In this document: positions 1-10,183 of the stretch, piece by piece
Layout: the number at the start of each line of letters is the position of its first letter
Position numbering within the stretch: the stretch's first letter is position 1
NCBI GenBank assembly: GCA_018817025.1
Contig: JAHIUU010000006.1
Location: 179,996 to 243,995 of the forward strand
Direction of reading: 5' to 3'
DNA: 64,000 nucleotides
From: Candidatus Babelota bacterium
GTDB taxonomy: Bacteria; Babelota; Babeliae; Babelales; JAHIUU01
Translations under genes and position numbers: made by a program
Notes under the pieces: model-generated
The model's input: the letters and a program-made list of their open reading frames with translations, nothing else
Told to the model about the DNA's origin: nothing
Database searches by the model: none

Positions 1-380
1 GGAGTTATGTCGTAGTCAAGGAGGTGGACGCATTTTTGTGCGATACATTTATCATTTTCAGTAAATTCTTTTTTTGTTTCGCTGTGACCTATGATGCAAT
101 GGGTACATCCAATTTCTTGTAGGCTCTGTGGAGCAACCTGACCGGTGAAGGCCCCATGAGTGTGACGAGAGACCGTTTGCGCGCCGATCGAGATTGGGGT
201 TTCTTTGAATATTTGTGCTAATGGATAGATGCTCTCTGTTGAGGGGCATAGGATGATTTTTTGTTCTGTTTTTGTTGCAAGTTCGACCAATCTATCGTAG
301 TTGTTTGTTGCGAATTCTATCGTCTCGTTAAATGAAAGATTCATTTTCCAGTTGTTGACAAATAAATAGCGCTTGTTCAT
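1..380 (-). CDS. tpiA: triosephosphate isomerase, N-terminal part (gene runs off the left edge)
   Basis: Hand translation of the minus strand from the ATG at 380 gives MNKRYLFVNNWKMNLS...GAQTVS...GAFTGQV...IIGHSETKKEF. This follows the TIM signature order NWKMN / GAQ / GAFTGE / GHSERR. The frame is open to position 1. It is absent from the ORF track because no stop lies in the window. Confidence 0.8.
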   Translation of the reverse strand, partial: MNKRYLFVNNWKMNLSFNETIEFATNNYDRLVELATKTEQKIILCPSTESIYPLAQIFKETPISIGAQTVSRHTHGAFTGQVAPQSLQEIGCTHCIIGHSETKKEFTENDKCIAQKCVHLLDYDIT

Positions 381-455
381 TATCACTCCTGAGTTTTTTG
401 ACTAGATTCGTTTTTTCAACATGTCTCAATTGTTTGTGATAGTCAAGAGAAATAG

Positions 456-806
456 ATGGGGTCAAGAGTGTCGAAAAAAGCTTGTTTTACTTTGTTGGGG
501 ATGACTTTATATTGTTTTATGACCTGTGATTCTGGCTTGTTTTCTATGGAGCCTGTTTTAAAGCCATGGTGCTACCTTAAACTCCCCAAAGAACCCGAAG
601 ATCAAGACACGTACCCTGAGTTTGATGATTATGTTGCGGATGTTTTTTTTATGTTAGAAAATCGCTCTTGCCTGCTAACGTTCTTATGGTCTCTTTCAGA
701 GAAGATTGATGTTGGGATTAATCGTGTGGTTGGTACTTTTGTCCCGGGATTTTATATAGTATATTATAACCCTAACGACGACGACCCTTATGGGCTTTGG
801 AACTAG
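456..806 (+). CDS. hypothetical protein with an N-terminal signal-peptide or lipoprotein-like segment
   Basis: 116-aa ORF divergent from tpiA. It has a basic N-terminus (MGSRVSKK), then a hydrophobic stretch ending FMTC. I recognise no family. Confidence 0.4.
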   Translation: MGSRVSKKACFTLLGMTLYCFMTCDSGLFSMEPVLKPWCYLKLPKEPEDQDTYPEFDDYVADVFFMLENRSCLLTFLWSLSEKIDVGINRVVGTFVPGFYIVYYNPNDDDPYGLWN

Positions 807-934
807 CTTCTATTGCCTAGGAGCCAAAGCCGTCGCGTATTGATAGTTCTTGACGAAATTGTAATTTTACGTATGCTCAAATCTTGCATTGTGTGCGTAA
901 AATCACAAAATTTTAATACTTGTCACGGAGTGAT

Positions 935-2275
935 ATGCTGCTGCGAACTAAGTCAAAATTGACGATCACCCTTTTCTTTTTCCCTTTTTTTATTTCATGT
1001 TTTGTACCATTTATTGGGGCCTCTCGTAGCATCAATAAATGGTTTCCGTTTTTGGATAGACCGGAGTCGTATGTAACAAAGAACGGGTCATATGTTTATC
1101 CAGCATTGTTTATTACGAGCGCATCGACCGCTTTTAATAATGGTTCTGGAAACAGGGGTATACCGGAGTTGTGGGGTAAGTATGATCTCCAGGAGGTTAT
1201 AGCAGGTCTAGCGGCTGTTCGTGCTGCGCAGGGAGAGACGTACAATCCATTTATCGATGAGATTGGGTATACCGACTGGGACCAAAAAAAACTGTTATTT
1301 CATGTTGATGGAAAAATACGATCGCGCGGGATTGTATTTGCTCTAGAAAAAAACATATTCGAAACAGACTTTTCTGTAGGAGCATTTTTACCGGTTATGC
1401 ATGTGGACACATCGTTACTGTATCGATTCGATAGAAACGGTTCTCACGCCGATGCTTTAGAAGCAACAGAGTCAGAAGTTTTTATGCTTGACCGTGTTCG
1501 TCGCCAGGTACATAGAGACCTGTGTCTTAAGGGCGCAGCTTGGTCTAAGGCCGGTTTTGGTGACCTTGATCTACATCTGAGGTGGCGGCGTTATTGGGAT
1601 CACAAGTACAAGATTCGGGGTATAGATCTAACGCTTCAGACTGGAGTTTCGATTCCGACGGGAATGAAGCGCGACGAGGACTATCCATCGTCAGTTCCGG
1701 TTGGAACAAACGGTCACTGGTGTTGGTATGGCGATCTTGTGGCTGAGTTGGAGTTGAAGCAGAATTGGCGTTTTGGGGTGATGGCTGGCTTGATGCATCA
1801 GGTTCATAAGACTCATGGTGGCACGCGGTTGCCATATCATGCTGAGCCATCGCTGTTTGGTGCGCTGGTTGGTGATGTGTGTATAAGCCCTGGAATGACG
1901 CTTAAGTTTGCGCCCTATTTTACGCTTGAAAATTTGATGGATGGGTTGCATGCTCAGTTTCGATATACCTATCGACGTCACAGTTCTGACAAACTTAAGG
2001 ATAAGCGGGCTTGTAAAGAGGTTCTAAGTTATCTTGAGGCTTCGATTGCAAAAAGTTCTGATATATGCAGCTCTGCGAGTGTTAGATGGTCTAGAAAAAA
2101 ATTGTCTCGGTGGGTATCGCACTATCTCACGCTTCAAACGGTGTATAATTCTGTGGACGCCATGAAGAATTGGTGGTTAGATCCAAAGATTTATGCGGTA
2201 TTTGATTATGCTTTTAGCGGTAGAAACGTGTGTAAGTCGCACCAGTTTACGGTAGGTGTCGAGTTATATTTCTGA
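935..2275 (+). CDS. putative outer-membrane beta-barrel protein, MOMP-like paralog 1
   Basis: Start moved to the ATG at 935 (GGAG lies upstream). It has a hydrophobic signal-like N-terminus and a C-terminal aromatic residue (VELYF). It shares motifs GFGD...W, VSIPTG and GHWCW with the ORFs at 18980 and 43784. Confidence 0.6.
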   Translation: MLLRTKSKLTITLFFFPFFISCFVPFIGASRSINKWFPFLDRPESYVTKNGSYVYPALFITSASTAFNNGSGNRGIPELWGKYDLQEVIAGLAAVRAAQGETYNPFIDEIGYTDWDQKKLLFHVDGKIRSRGIVFALEKNIFETDFSVGAFLPVMHVDTSLLYRFDRNGSHADALEATESEVFMLDRVRRQVHRDLCLKGAAWSKAGFGDLDLHLRWRRYWDHKYKIRGIDLTLQTGVSIPTGMKRDEDYPSSVPVGTNGHWCWYGDLVAELELKQNWRFGVMAGLMHQVHKTHGGTRLPYHAEPSLFGALVGDVCISPGMTLKFAPYFTLENLMDGLHAQFRYTYRRHSSDKLKDKRACKEVLSYLEASIAKSSDICSSASVRWSRKKLSRWVSHYLTLQTVYNSVDAMKNWWLDPKIYAVFDYAFSGRNVCKSHQFTVGVELYF

Positions 2276-2288
2276 TTAGGGGAAAATT

Positions 2289-3326
2289 ATGAAGTTTTGG
2301 CCGGCGTCTCGTTTTTTTGGTCTCTTTTCAAATGATCTTGCCATCGATCTTGGTACTGCAAATACAGTGATTTATGTTCGCAATCAGGGGATTGTTCTTG
2401 ATCAACCGTCTGTGGTTGCGGTTAAGTATTCAACAAACGAAGTGTTGGCAGCTGGCGATAAAGCAAAGATGATGCTTGGAAAAACACCGGAAAGTATCAC
2501 CGCTTGTCGGCCAATGCGTGATGGGGTTATTGCAAATTTTGAGTTGACTGAAAGCATGCTTCGTTATTTCATTCGCGAAGTACATAACAATCGTAAAACA
2601 CTTGTTCGACCACGTATGATTATCGGTGTTCCGTCCGGGATTACTCAGGTTGAGCGTCGTGCGGTCGAAGATTCGGCCAAGCAGGCGGGTGCGCGTGAGG
2701 TCTATACGATTATGGAGCCGATGGCTGCTGCTATTGGGGCAGGGCTTCCGGTAGAAGATCCTGCGGGAAACATGATTGTTGATATTGGAGGTGGTACTAC
2801 TGAGGTCGCGATTATTTCTCTTAAAGATGTTGTCTACTGTAAGTCCGTTCGCGTTGGTGGTGATGAGATGGATCGTTCGATTGTGCAGTACGTCAAGCGA
2901 AAGTATAATCTTTTGATTGGTGAGCGTACGGCCGAAGTGATTAAGATGAATATCGGAACGGCCATGCTAGGGGAAGAGTCCAAAAAGTTTGATGTTAAGG
3001 GCCGTGACTTGGTAACCGGCGTTCCCAAAACAGTGACGCTTTCTGACGCCGAGGTGTTTGAGGCGCTCACCGAACCAATCTCTGTTATTCTTGACGCGGT
3101 TCGTTCGGCGCTCGAAAACGCTCCACCAGAGCTTTCTTCAGACCTGGTTGATCGCGGAATTGTTATGGCTGGTGGCGGGTCATTGTTGCGTGATCTTGAC
3201 ATTCTTATTTCCAAAGAGACAGGACTTCCTGTTCGAGTTTCTGAAAATCCATTGCTTAGTGTTGTGGTTGGCGCCGGAAAGGTGATCGACGAACTCGATT
3301 TCTTTCGAGATGCTTTGCTGAAGTAG
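2289..3326 (+). CDS. mreB: rod shape-determining protein MreB
   Basis: 345 aa. Actin-fold motifs DLGTANTVIYV, DIGGGTTEVA and MAGGGSLLRDLD are present; typical MreB length. Confidence 0.95.
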   Translation: MKFWPASRFFGLFSNDLAIDLGTANTVIYVRNQGIVLDQPSVVAVKYSTNEVLAAGDKAKMMLGKTPESITACRPMRDGVIANFELTESMLRYFIREVHNNRKTLVRPRMIIGVPSGITQVERRAVEDSAKQAGAREVYTIMEPMAAAIGAGLPVEDPAGNMIVDIGGGTTEVAIISLKDVVYCKSVRVGGDEMDRSIVQYVKRKYNLLIGERTAEVIKMNIGTAMLGEESKKFDVKGRDLVTGVPKTVTLSDAEVFEALTEPISVILDAVRSALENAPPELSSDLVDRGIVMAGGGSLLRDLDILISKETGLPVRVSENPLLSVVVGAGKVIDELDFFRDALLK

Positions 3327-3337
3327 GTTTTGGTCTC

Positions 3338-3649
3338 TTATTTGCAACCCAGTTCAAAGTAAAGAGGACGTTGGTTTTGCTTGTCGACGATTTTAATCGT
3401 GAAGTGTGGCGAGAAGCTTTCTTTTCGTACTACAAGAATTCCTGAGTGGTTAATTCCGGCAGGAATTTTTATTAAAGAGTCTTGATCTATTGTTTTCTTT
3501 TTGATTCTTTTTTCTAGTTTGGTTTCTGTTTTATTGTATAAAACCTTTGTTTGCGGCCCTAGAAACAGGTTTTCCCAGAAGTTGTTATCTTTCAGGCGTT
3601 TTCTTGTGTTGTTATATGGCTCGAGATGAGTGGGGGGCCGGCTCTTCAA
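3338..3649 (-). CDS. hypothetical small basic protein (weak call)
   Basis: 103-aa ORF that fills the gap between mreB and the PBP gene. No recognisable motif. It overlaps only the unlikely 5' extension of the PBP ORF. Confidence 0.25.
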   Translation of the reverse strand: MKSRPPTHLEPYNNTRKRLKDNNFWENLFLGPQTKVLYNKTETKLEKRIKKKTIDQDSLIKIPAGINHSGILVVRKESFSPHFTIKIVDKQNQRPLYFELGCK

Positions 3650-3715
3650 AGGTTGCAGCTTGGGTATATACTGTATAAGGGTATATACTACTGTAAAAAC
3701 TTCTTGGATTATGGT

Positions 3716-5608
3716 GTGAAAAAAATAGTTGTTCCCATAGTTGTCTTAGTCTTTTCGTTTGCCCTAGGGGCTTTTTTCTATTTTTTTGAACATGACTGGA
3801 TCGATTTCTCTTCATTCAAGCCGTTTTCTCACGCAAAGCCCTCGATAATTCTTGATGATGAAGGACATGAGTTTGCTCGATTTTCGCTTGATCGGCGGGA
3901 GCCGGTTAGCTTCGATAAATTGCCTGATATTTTGGTTAAAGCGTTTATTGCCGCTGAAGACCATAACTTTTTTAAGCACTTTGGGATTTCAATGAGGGGA
4001 ATTCTCAGATCTTTTCTTATTAATCTGTCTCGAGGTCGGGTGGTTCAGGGCGCAAGTACTATTACACAGCAGTTGGCACGCGGCATGTTTTTATCGAGCG
4101 AGAAAACTATTTGGCGCAAAGTTCGGGAGATGTTTTTGTCGTTTCAGTTGGAGCGACATTTTACGAAAGAACAGATTTTTGAACTATATGTTAATAATGT
4201 CTACTTCGGTCGCGGTATATATGGGGTTGAGGCCGCTTGCAGGCGATTTTGGAATAAGTCTGTGTTTGATATAACCATAGATGAGGCGGCGACGTTGGTG
4301 CCGGTTGCGAAGTCAGCACGTTTGTACTCACCGCTTAATGCGCCCGAAAATGCAAAGCGTCAGCGTGATATTACACTAAAAAAAATGAAACGTTGCGGTT
4401 TTATCTCGCAGGTGCAGTATGAAAAATCAATAAAAAAAGATTTAAAAATACAAGATTACTTACCAGGAAATGCGATTCGTTTATATATTCAGGAACGAAT
4501 TCGTCAGTGGGCAGAGCAAAAATGGGGCAAAGATGTGTTGTATCAGGGAGGGCTTAAAATACAAGCGACGATAAATAGAACAAAACAGGAGTTGGCAGAA
4601 AAAGCGTTTTGCAAAAAAGTATGCGAGTTGCGTAAGACTGTTGGTGACGAGCTTAATGGGGGTATGATTTCGCTTGAATCACACACCGGAAAAATAAAAG
4701 CATGTATCGGTGGTAACAGTTTTCGTGAGTCGCAATTCAACCGGGCATTTCAGGCGGTTCGCCAGATGGGGTCTTCTTTTAAACCGATCGTATATACTAC
4801 TGCATTGTGTCATGGGATTGGGGTTGATACGATTATGGTCGATGAGCCGGTTGAGATGCAGCTACCTGGTTGCGATACGATTTGGCGGCCGCGGAATTGG
4901 GATCGGTGTTTTGAGGGGCCGATGACGCTTGCGCGTGCGCTTTCTTTCTCCAACAATATTATTACGATTAAAACTCTTCTTAAGACTGGCATTTATGAGG
5001 TGATCGATTTGGCTCGCCGATTTGGTTTGAATAGGGCTCTATCACCGTACCCCGCTTTAGCGCTAGGTACCGCTGAGGCTACCGTTGAGGAGAGTGCTGC
5101 AGCGTTTAATGTGTTTGCCAATAATGGGGTTTACGTCGAACCCAATCTTATTGAATGGGTTCGAGATAGGTGGGGTCAGAAGCTTTGGGAGTACGAGCCG
5201 GTATCTCGACAGGTTCTCGATTTGAAGACCAACTCAAAAATGGTAAATGTGCTTTCGCTGCGATTAAAACAGATGAAGCGGCTTATTGGTGATAAAGACT
5301 GGATACAGGCCGAGGTCATTGGAAAGAGTGGCTCGACAAATGGCGCGGTAACGACTTGGTTTGTTGGATCGACACCAGGGCTTACGACTTCTATATATTT
5401 AGGTCGAGATGACAATAAACCGATGGGTCGCTATGTGTTTGGCTCTCAGACCGCTTACCCAATCTGGTTTGAATTTTATAAAAAACTGAATTTCGATAAA
5501 AAACAATTTTATATTGATCCTGATTTGAAAGAGGTTTCTATTAATTGGGTGACCGGATACAAAAACTATGGCAAGCGGAATAAAGATACGGTTGTGATTT
5601 TGAAGTGA
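3716..5608 (+). CDS. class A penicillin-binding protein (bifunctional glycosyltransferase/transpeptidase, PBP1a type)
   Basis: GT51 motifs are AAEDHNFFKHFGI, GASTITQQLAR and RKVREM. Transpeptidase motifs are SSFKP (SxxK), SFSNN (SxN) and KSGST (KTG-like). The likely start is the GTG at 3716 just before the membrane anchor VKKIVVPIVVLVFSF; the track ORF starts at 3626. Confidence 0.9.
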   Translation: MKKIVVPIVVLVFSFALGAFFYFFEHDWIDFSSFKPFSHAKPSIILDDEGHEFARFSLDRREPVSFDKLPDILVKAFIAAEDHNFFKHFGISMRGILRSFLINLSRGRVVQGASTITQQLARGMFLSSEKTIWRKVREMFLSFQLERHFTKEQIFELYVNNVYFGRGIYGVEAACRRFWNKSVFDITIDEAATLVPVAKSARLYSPLNAPENAKRQRDITLKKMKRCGFISQVQYEKSIKKDLKIQDYLPGNAIRLYIQERIRQWAEQKWGKDVLYQGGLKIQATINRTKQELAEKAFCKKVCELRKTVGDELNGGMISLESHTGKIKACIGGNSFRESQFNRAFQAVRQMGSSFKPIVYTTALCHGIGVDTIMVDEPVEMQLPGCDTIWRPRNWDRCFEGPMTLARALSFSNNIITIKTLLKTGIYEVIDLARRFGLNRALSPYPALALGTAEATVEESAAAFNVFANNGVYVEPNLIEWVRDRWGQKLWEYEPVSRQVLDLKTNSKMVNVLSLRLKQMKRLIGDKDWIQAEVIGKSGSTNGAVTTWFVGSTPGLTTSIYLGRDDNKPMGRYVFGSQTAYPIWFEFYKKLNFDKKQFYIDPDLKEVSINWVTGYKNYGKRNKDTVVILK

Positions 5609-5617
5609 TTGGCTGTT

Positions 5618-6214
5618 CTATCTCGATAAAAAACCTAGAGCTGCTCGAATCAATTGATCAAGGGAATAGTTTTGGTTTTTGTACGTTTCGGTTAGGTGTT
5701 TCATGGCACCGCTAATCTCTGGTCTTGAGTAGTTTAGTGAGGTAAGTACGTCGTTGACGTTCTGCCATTGTACAAAATCCTGTTGCATGTCGGTTTGGAC
5801 AGACCCACTCGAAATTAATTTTGTAACTTTGTGTTTCAATTGCATGATAAGTTGTTCGGCTTTTTTTGCGCCTATTCCGTTGATCGAGCAGAGAGCGCTT
5901 TCGTTTTGCGAGGTAATAATCTCAAGAAATTGAGGTGCTGGGATTTGTGAGAGTATGGTTATTGCGATGCTAGGACCGATTTTTTGGCAGTCGATAATAA
6001 GCAAAAAGACGGCTCGTTCTAATTCGCTTATAAATCCATAGAGACTAGGTCCTTTTTCTTGGTTCCAGTGGAGATAACTGTACAGCTCGACCGTTTCACC
6101 GAGTTTGATTGTTGAGGTTTGAGGGATATGATAGGAGAGGCCGAGGCCGTTGGCCATGATTGTTGCGCTCTTATCGTTGATTTTATGAACTTTTCCAATG
6201 ATATAATCGATCAT
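5618..6214 (-). CDS. ruvA: Holliday junction branch migration protein RuvA
   Basis: 198 aa. N-terminus MIDYIIGKV..., helix-hairpin-helix region INGIGAKKAEQLI, typical RuvA length. Confidence 0.9.
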   Translation of the reverse strand: MIDYIIGKVHKINDKSATIMANGLGLSYHIPQTSTIKLGETVELYSYLHWNQEKGPSLYGFISELERAVFLLIIDCQKIGPSIAITILSQIPAPQFLEIITSQNESALCSINGIGAKKAEQLIMQLKHKVTKLISSGSVQTDMQQDFVQWQNVNDVLTSLNYSRPEISGAMKHLTETYKNQNYSLDQLIRAALGFLSR

Positions 6215-6312
6215 GAATCGCCCCTTGTTCTTGAATAATTTCTTTTGTTTCCAGCTACACGTTTTTAGAATATTGTATGACGTGATTTTTCTGAAGCGGG
6301 TACGAGTTGAAA

Positions 6313-7776
6313 TTATCTCAAATATTTTTCAAGAAGTTCTTTTATGACCTTAGGGTTGCCCTTGCCTTTGGTTACTTTCATGGTTTGGCCAATAAAGAAG
6401 GTGAACAGACGTTCGTTTCCCTGTTTGTAAGCTTCGACTTGTTGGGAGTTGTTCTCGATAATTTCAGCAATAATAGGTTCAAGTTCTTCTTTTGAAGAGA
6501 TCTGTTTCAAGCTTTGCTCTTGAACAATAATTGATGGGTACTTGCCTGTGTGAGCCATCTCAAGAAAAATTTCTTGCGCTGTTTTACTGGTGATAATTTC
6601 TTTTTCGATTTCGATAATAAGCTCAGAAAGTGTTTCAGGCCTGATCTTGCACTCGTGAAGTTCGAGTTTATGTTCGTTGAGATAGGCGAGAAGATTCCGT
6701 AAAATCCAGTTGCAAACTTGTTTTGGGTATTTACAAAGATTTGTTGTTGCTTCGAAAAAGGCAGAAAGGTTTGGGTGGTTGACCAGGATGTTAGCTTCAT
6801 ATGGAGAGAGTTCATAGTCGTGCTGAAATCGGTGATATTTTTGGTGCGGAAGCTCTGGAAGGGTTTTGCGTAATCGATCGACCCATTCGTCGTCGGTGAC
6901 GATTATCGGGAGATCTGGTTCCGAGAAGTAGCGATAGTCGAACGCCTCTTCCTTTGTTCTCATAAATACTGTTTTATGGTATTTTTCGTCCCAGGTTCGT
7001 GTTTCTTGTGTGACCGGCGTGTTTTCTTCAACTAGGTGGATTTGCCGTTCGATTTCGTAATTTATTGCCTGACTGATGAATTTAAAAGAGTTGATATTTT
7101 TTACTTCAACCTTGGTTCCAAGCTCCTCTGCTCCCTTTTTTTTAACGGAGACGTTAACGTCTGCACGAAATGATCCTTCTTCCATGTTTGCGTCACTGAT
7201 GTCGAGGTATTGAACAATCGCTCGTAGGTTCATAAGGTATGTTTTTGCTTCATACGCATTTGTCATGTCTGGATGAGAGACTATCTCTAGCAGTGGTGTT
7301 CCGGCTCTGTTTAGGTCGACATAACTCTCGTTATCACCAATGTGTAGGTTTTTCCCCGCGTCTTCTTCTATGTGAATGCGAACGAGTCGAATTTGCTTTT
7401 CGGTTGCATCGTTTAGTTCTATTAAAATGTATCCCTCGGTGCAGATTGGTTTTTCGTCTTGGGTGATTTGAAAGTTTTTTGGAAGATCTGGGTACATGTA
7501 ATGTTTACGAGCAAATTCTGATACTCGAGCTATTTGACTTTTGGTTGCGAGGCCGAGTGTGATTGCGGAGTCGACAACTCTTCGGTTTAAGTTCGGAAGA
7601 ACCCCTGGGTAGCCGGCGCATGTGGGGCAGATATTTTTATTTGGTTGTGAGCCAAACTGGTTTGGACAGGAGCAAAATATTTTTGATTTTGTTTTGAGCT
7701 GAGTATGGACCTCTATTCCTATATTTGCTTCATATTCAGGATAAATGTCCAATATGTTTTTTATTTTTTTGGTCAT
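6313..7776 (-). CDS. gatB: Asp/Glu-tRNA amidotransferase subunit B
   Basis: 487 aa. EANIGIEVHTQL, CSCPN...CPTCAGYPGVLP and a C-terminal YqeY-like tail. The 4-nt overlap with the upstream RNase gene implies co-transcription. Confidence 0.95.
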   Translation of the reverse strand: MTKKIKNILDIYPEYEANIGIEVHTQLKTKSKIFCSCPNQFGSQPNKNICPTCAGYPGVLPNLNRRVVDSAITLGLATKSQIARVSEFARKHYMYPDLPKNFQITQDEKPICTEGYILIELNDATEKQIRLVRIHIEEDAGKNLHIGDNESYVDLNRAGTPLLEIVSHPDMTNAYEAKTYLMNLRAIVQYLDISDANMEEGSFRADVNVSVKKKGAEELGTKVEVKNINSFKFISQAINYEIERQIHLVEENTPVTQETRTWDEKYHKTVFMRTKEEAFDYRYFSEPDLPIIVTDDEWVDRLRKTLPELPHQKYHRFQHDYELSPYEANILVNHPNLSAFFEATTNLCKYPKQVCNWILRNLLAYLNEHKLELHECKIRPETLSELIIEIEKEIITSKTAQEIFLEMAHTGKYPSIIVQEQSLKQISSKEELEPIIAEIIENNSQQVEAYKQGNERLFTFFIGQTMKVTKGKGNPKVIKELLEKYLR

Positions 7777-9299
7777 TTTGAGAGGTCCTTGGTTTTTGAC
7801 ATAAAAAACTGACCAATTTCTAATTTATTGTTGCTCTCGATGGCTATTTTACAGCCGAGCTTTTTTTCGAGATCAAGCAGCGATTGAAATTCGCTGTGAA
7901 CCAGGTAGTCAAATGTTGCAGGTGAGACTTGAAGCGTAAGAGTACCCTTGAGATTTTTGCTTATTACCTCGGCTTGAAATTGCTTTAAAATATCGAAGCT
8001 GATTGTTGCTGTTGCCTTGATATAGCCACGTGCGTTACAGGTTGGGCATGTGTTCATCAGTTGTTGCGTCAGAGTTTTTCCAGAGCGTTTTCGAGTCATC
8101 TGGACAAGTCCGAACTCTGAAACTTTTAGCATGACTGACTGATATTTATCTCGCTCCTTGAGCATTCTTTCGAAAAATCGTGAAAGCTTTTGCCGGTTGC
8201 CCTGGCTGGCCATATCGATAAAGTCAACGACGATGAGGCCACCAATGTTTCTGAGGCGAAGTTGCCGAACGATTTCTTCTGCTGCTTCAAGGTTGGTTTT
8301 TAAGATTGTTTCTTCAAGATTTCCTTTGCCGGTGAATTTTCCCGTGTTGACATCGACGACAGACATCGCTTCTGTGGTTTCGACGATTATTGAGCCGCCC
8401 GACTTGAGAGAAACTTTTTTTTGTAGTGCTTCTACGATTTGTTTTTCGACGTTGTATTGATCAAAGAGGGCCGGAGGCGTCTTATACAGCTTAATTTTAC
8501 TGACGTGTTCTGGTGTGTAGTTTTTTACGAATTTTACGACAGATTTATAGGTTTCTTGATCATCGATCAAGACAACATTGGTATCGTCATCTAAGTGGTC
8601 TCGCACCGCCCGTAGTGAAATTGGAAGGTCCTCGTAAATTTTGTCTCCAACTTTAGCCCGATTACTTTTTTTGACGATCGACTTCCAGGTTGCAATGAGG
8701 AACGACAGGTCTTTTATGATGTCTCCATCAGTCCTATTTTCAGCTGTGGTTCGTATAATTGCTCCCATGCCCTTTGGAAGATTCTTGAGAAGAATTTCTT
8801 TCAGGCGAAGTCGTTCATTACGAGATTCAATTTTTTTTGAGATTCCGGTTTGGGGAATGTTTGGCATGAGGACAACGAATTTTCCAGGAACGGTGAAGCA
8901 CGTGGTTAGCTTCGCTCCTTTTTCGTAGATTGGTTCTTTTATGACTTGGACGAGAATCTCTTCGCCCTCTTTAAAGATTTTGCCGATATCCATTGAGTGT
9001 TTAAGCGTGCGTTCAAATCCTGCTTCTTGCGATTCGTCAATGGTTTGAAACTCGAGCATTTTTTCTGCGGCAAGGGCTCGGTCGACTTCGCTGATATGCA
9101 AAAAACCGGCCTTAGTTTGCCCGATGTCGACAAACGTGGTTTGGATTCCAGGGAGAACTTTTGAGACGTGGCCTTTGAAGAAGCAGCGTTCAAGTTCTGA
9201 GCGTGCGTGAATGTAGAAATAGATGTCCTGTAATTTGTCGTTGTGAAGTATTGCGACTCGAGTCTGCCATACCTCTTTATTTATCAAAATTTTTTTCAA
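7773..9299 (-). CDS. rng: ribonuclease G/E family endoribonuclease
   Basis: 508 aa. An N-terminal S1 domain (GHVSKVLPGIQTTFVDIG), then the Rne/Rng catalytic core (VVDVNTGKF, GGLIVVDFIDM, CPTCNARGYI). Confidence 0.9.
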   Translation of the reverse strand: MKKILINKEVWQTRVAILHNDKLQDIYFYIHARSELERCFFKGHVSKVLPGIQTTFVDIGQTKAGFLHISEVDRALAAEKMLEFQTIDESQEAGFERTLKHSMDIGKIFKEGEEILVQVIKEPIYEKGAKLTTCFTVPGKFVVLMPNIPQTGISKKIESRNERLRLKEILLKNLPKGMGAIIRTTAENRTDGDIIKDLSFLIATWKSIVKKSNRAKVGDKIYEDLPISLRAVRDHLDDDTNVVLIDDQETYKSVVKFVKNYTPEHVSKIKLYKTPPALFDQYNVEKQIVEALQKKVSLKSGGSIIVETTEAMSVVDVNTGKFTGKGNLEETILKTNLEAAEEIVRQLRLRNIGGLIVVDFIDMASQGNRQKLSRFFERMLKERDKYQSVMLKVSEFGLVQMTRKRSGKTLTQQLMNTCPTCNARGYIKATATISFDILKQFQAEVISKNLKGTLTLQVSPATFDYLVHSEFQSLLDLEKKLGCKIAIESNNKLEIGQFFMSKTKDLSK

Positions 9300-9449
9300 A
9301 CGATCCTCCTCCCATTAGTGTAAATGTGAGCCTAATTATACCGAATTTGTTGTTGTATGAGTAGGAAATTTGATAAAAATGTGATATCGTTTGTTCAGGA
9401 GGTACTTATGCAGAATATTAACCCTTATGAGAGTGGGGAGAATTTCATT

Positions 9450-10115
9450 ATGAAGAAAGTTTTTATTTCGCTTTGTCTGACGACGGCTGTTTTCTTTGCT
9501 GGGTGTGGTAAGAAGGCTGACAAGAGTGGGGCGGTCAAGGTTGCACATCAGGAAATACCAATCTATCAATACGAGGAAGACAAGTTTTTTGACGATGATG
9601 AACTAGGCGAGTTTGCGTTTATTGATGGTGACGGGAAAGAAGTTTCCAAGGTTTCTACTGAAAGTGTTGATAACTCGGGACAGGGTCACACCGTTGCCTC
9701 GTATGACGATTGGGACGATGATGAGTTGCCGCTAGCATGGAAGGATGAAGATGATGGTGAGACTGCTTTCAAGACGGTTAATTTTGACTTGAATCGGAAT
9801 GCGATTCGCAAGGATCAGGTTATCAAGGTTGCTCACAACGTTAAGGCCGCACAAGAGGTGGTTAAGACTGGTAAGCAGGTTGTTGTTGCAGGTCACACAT
9901 GTCCTATTGGATCGGCGAGTTATAACATGTCGCTGTCTGAACGACGAGCGAAAACTATTCGTGATGAGATGGTGAAGAGCGGAGTTCCTGCGGACCGAGT
10001 AAAGATTTTGGGTTGCGGAAGCGAGATTCCGATTGTATTGAGTGATGCAGCTGATCGAGCAGAGATGATCAAGGAGCTTGCGCCAAATCGGCGTGCAGAG
10101 GTCTCTGCGAGCTAG
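9450..10115 (+). CDS. pal: peptidoglycan-associated lipoprotein, OmpA-family C-terminal domain
   Basis: Start moved to the ATG at 9450: MKKVFISLCLTTAVFFAGC carries a lipobox. The C-terminus has NMSLSERRAKTIRDEMV...NRRAEV, the OmpA peptidoglycan-binding motif. Confidence 0.85.
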   Translation: MKKVFISLCLTTAVFFAGCGKKADKSGAVKVAHQEIPIYQYEEDKFFDDDELGEFAFIDGDGKEVSKVSTESVDNSGQGHTVASYDDWDDDELPLAWKDEDDGETAFKTVNFDLNRNAIRKDQVIKVAHNVKAAQEVVKTGKQVVVAGHTCPIGSASYNMSLSERRAKTIRDEMVKSGVPADRVKILGCGSEIPIVLSDAADRAEMIKELAPNRRAEVSAS

Positions 10116-10139
10116 TTTTGCGCAAAAAACTTAGTGGTA

Positions 10140-10166
10140 AGCCCGTGGAAACACGGGCTTTTTCTT
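10140..10166 (+). terminator. rho-independent terminator after pal
   Basis: AGCCCGTG-GAAA-CACGGGCT is an 8-bp stem with a GNRA-type loop, followed by TTTTCTT. Confidence 0.6.
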
Positions 10167-10183
10167 ATAAAAAAGGAGAATGT

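Noticed and set aside
456-480. The N-terminus MGSRVSKK matches the eukaryotic N-myristoylation consensus (MGxxxS followed by basic residues, Src-like), hinting at a host-lipidated effector.
   Set aside because: The basic stretch is immediately followed by a ~16-residue hydrophobic segment ending FMTC. It is more simply an ordinary bacterial signal peptide or lipoprotein leader. The pattern is short and common by chance.
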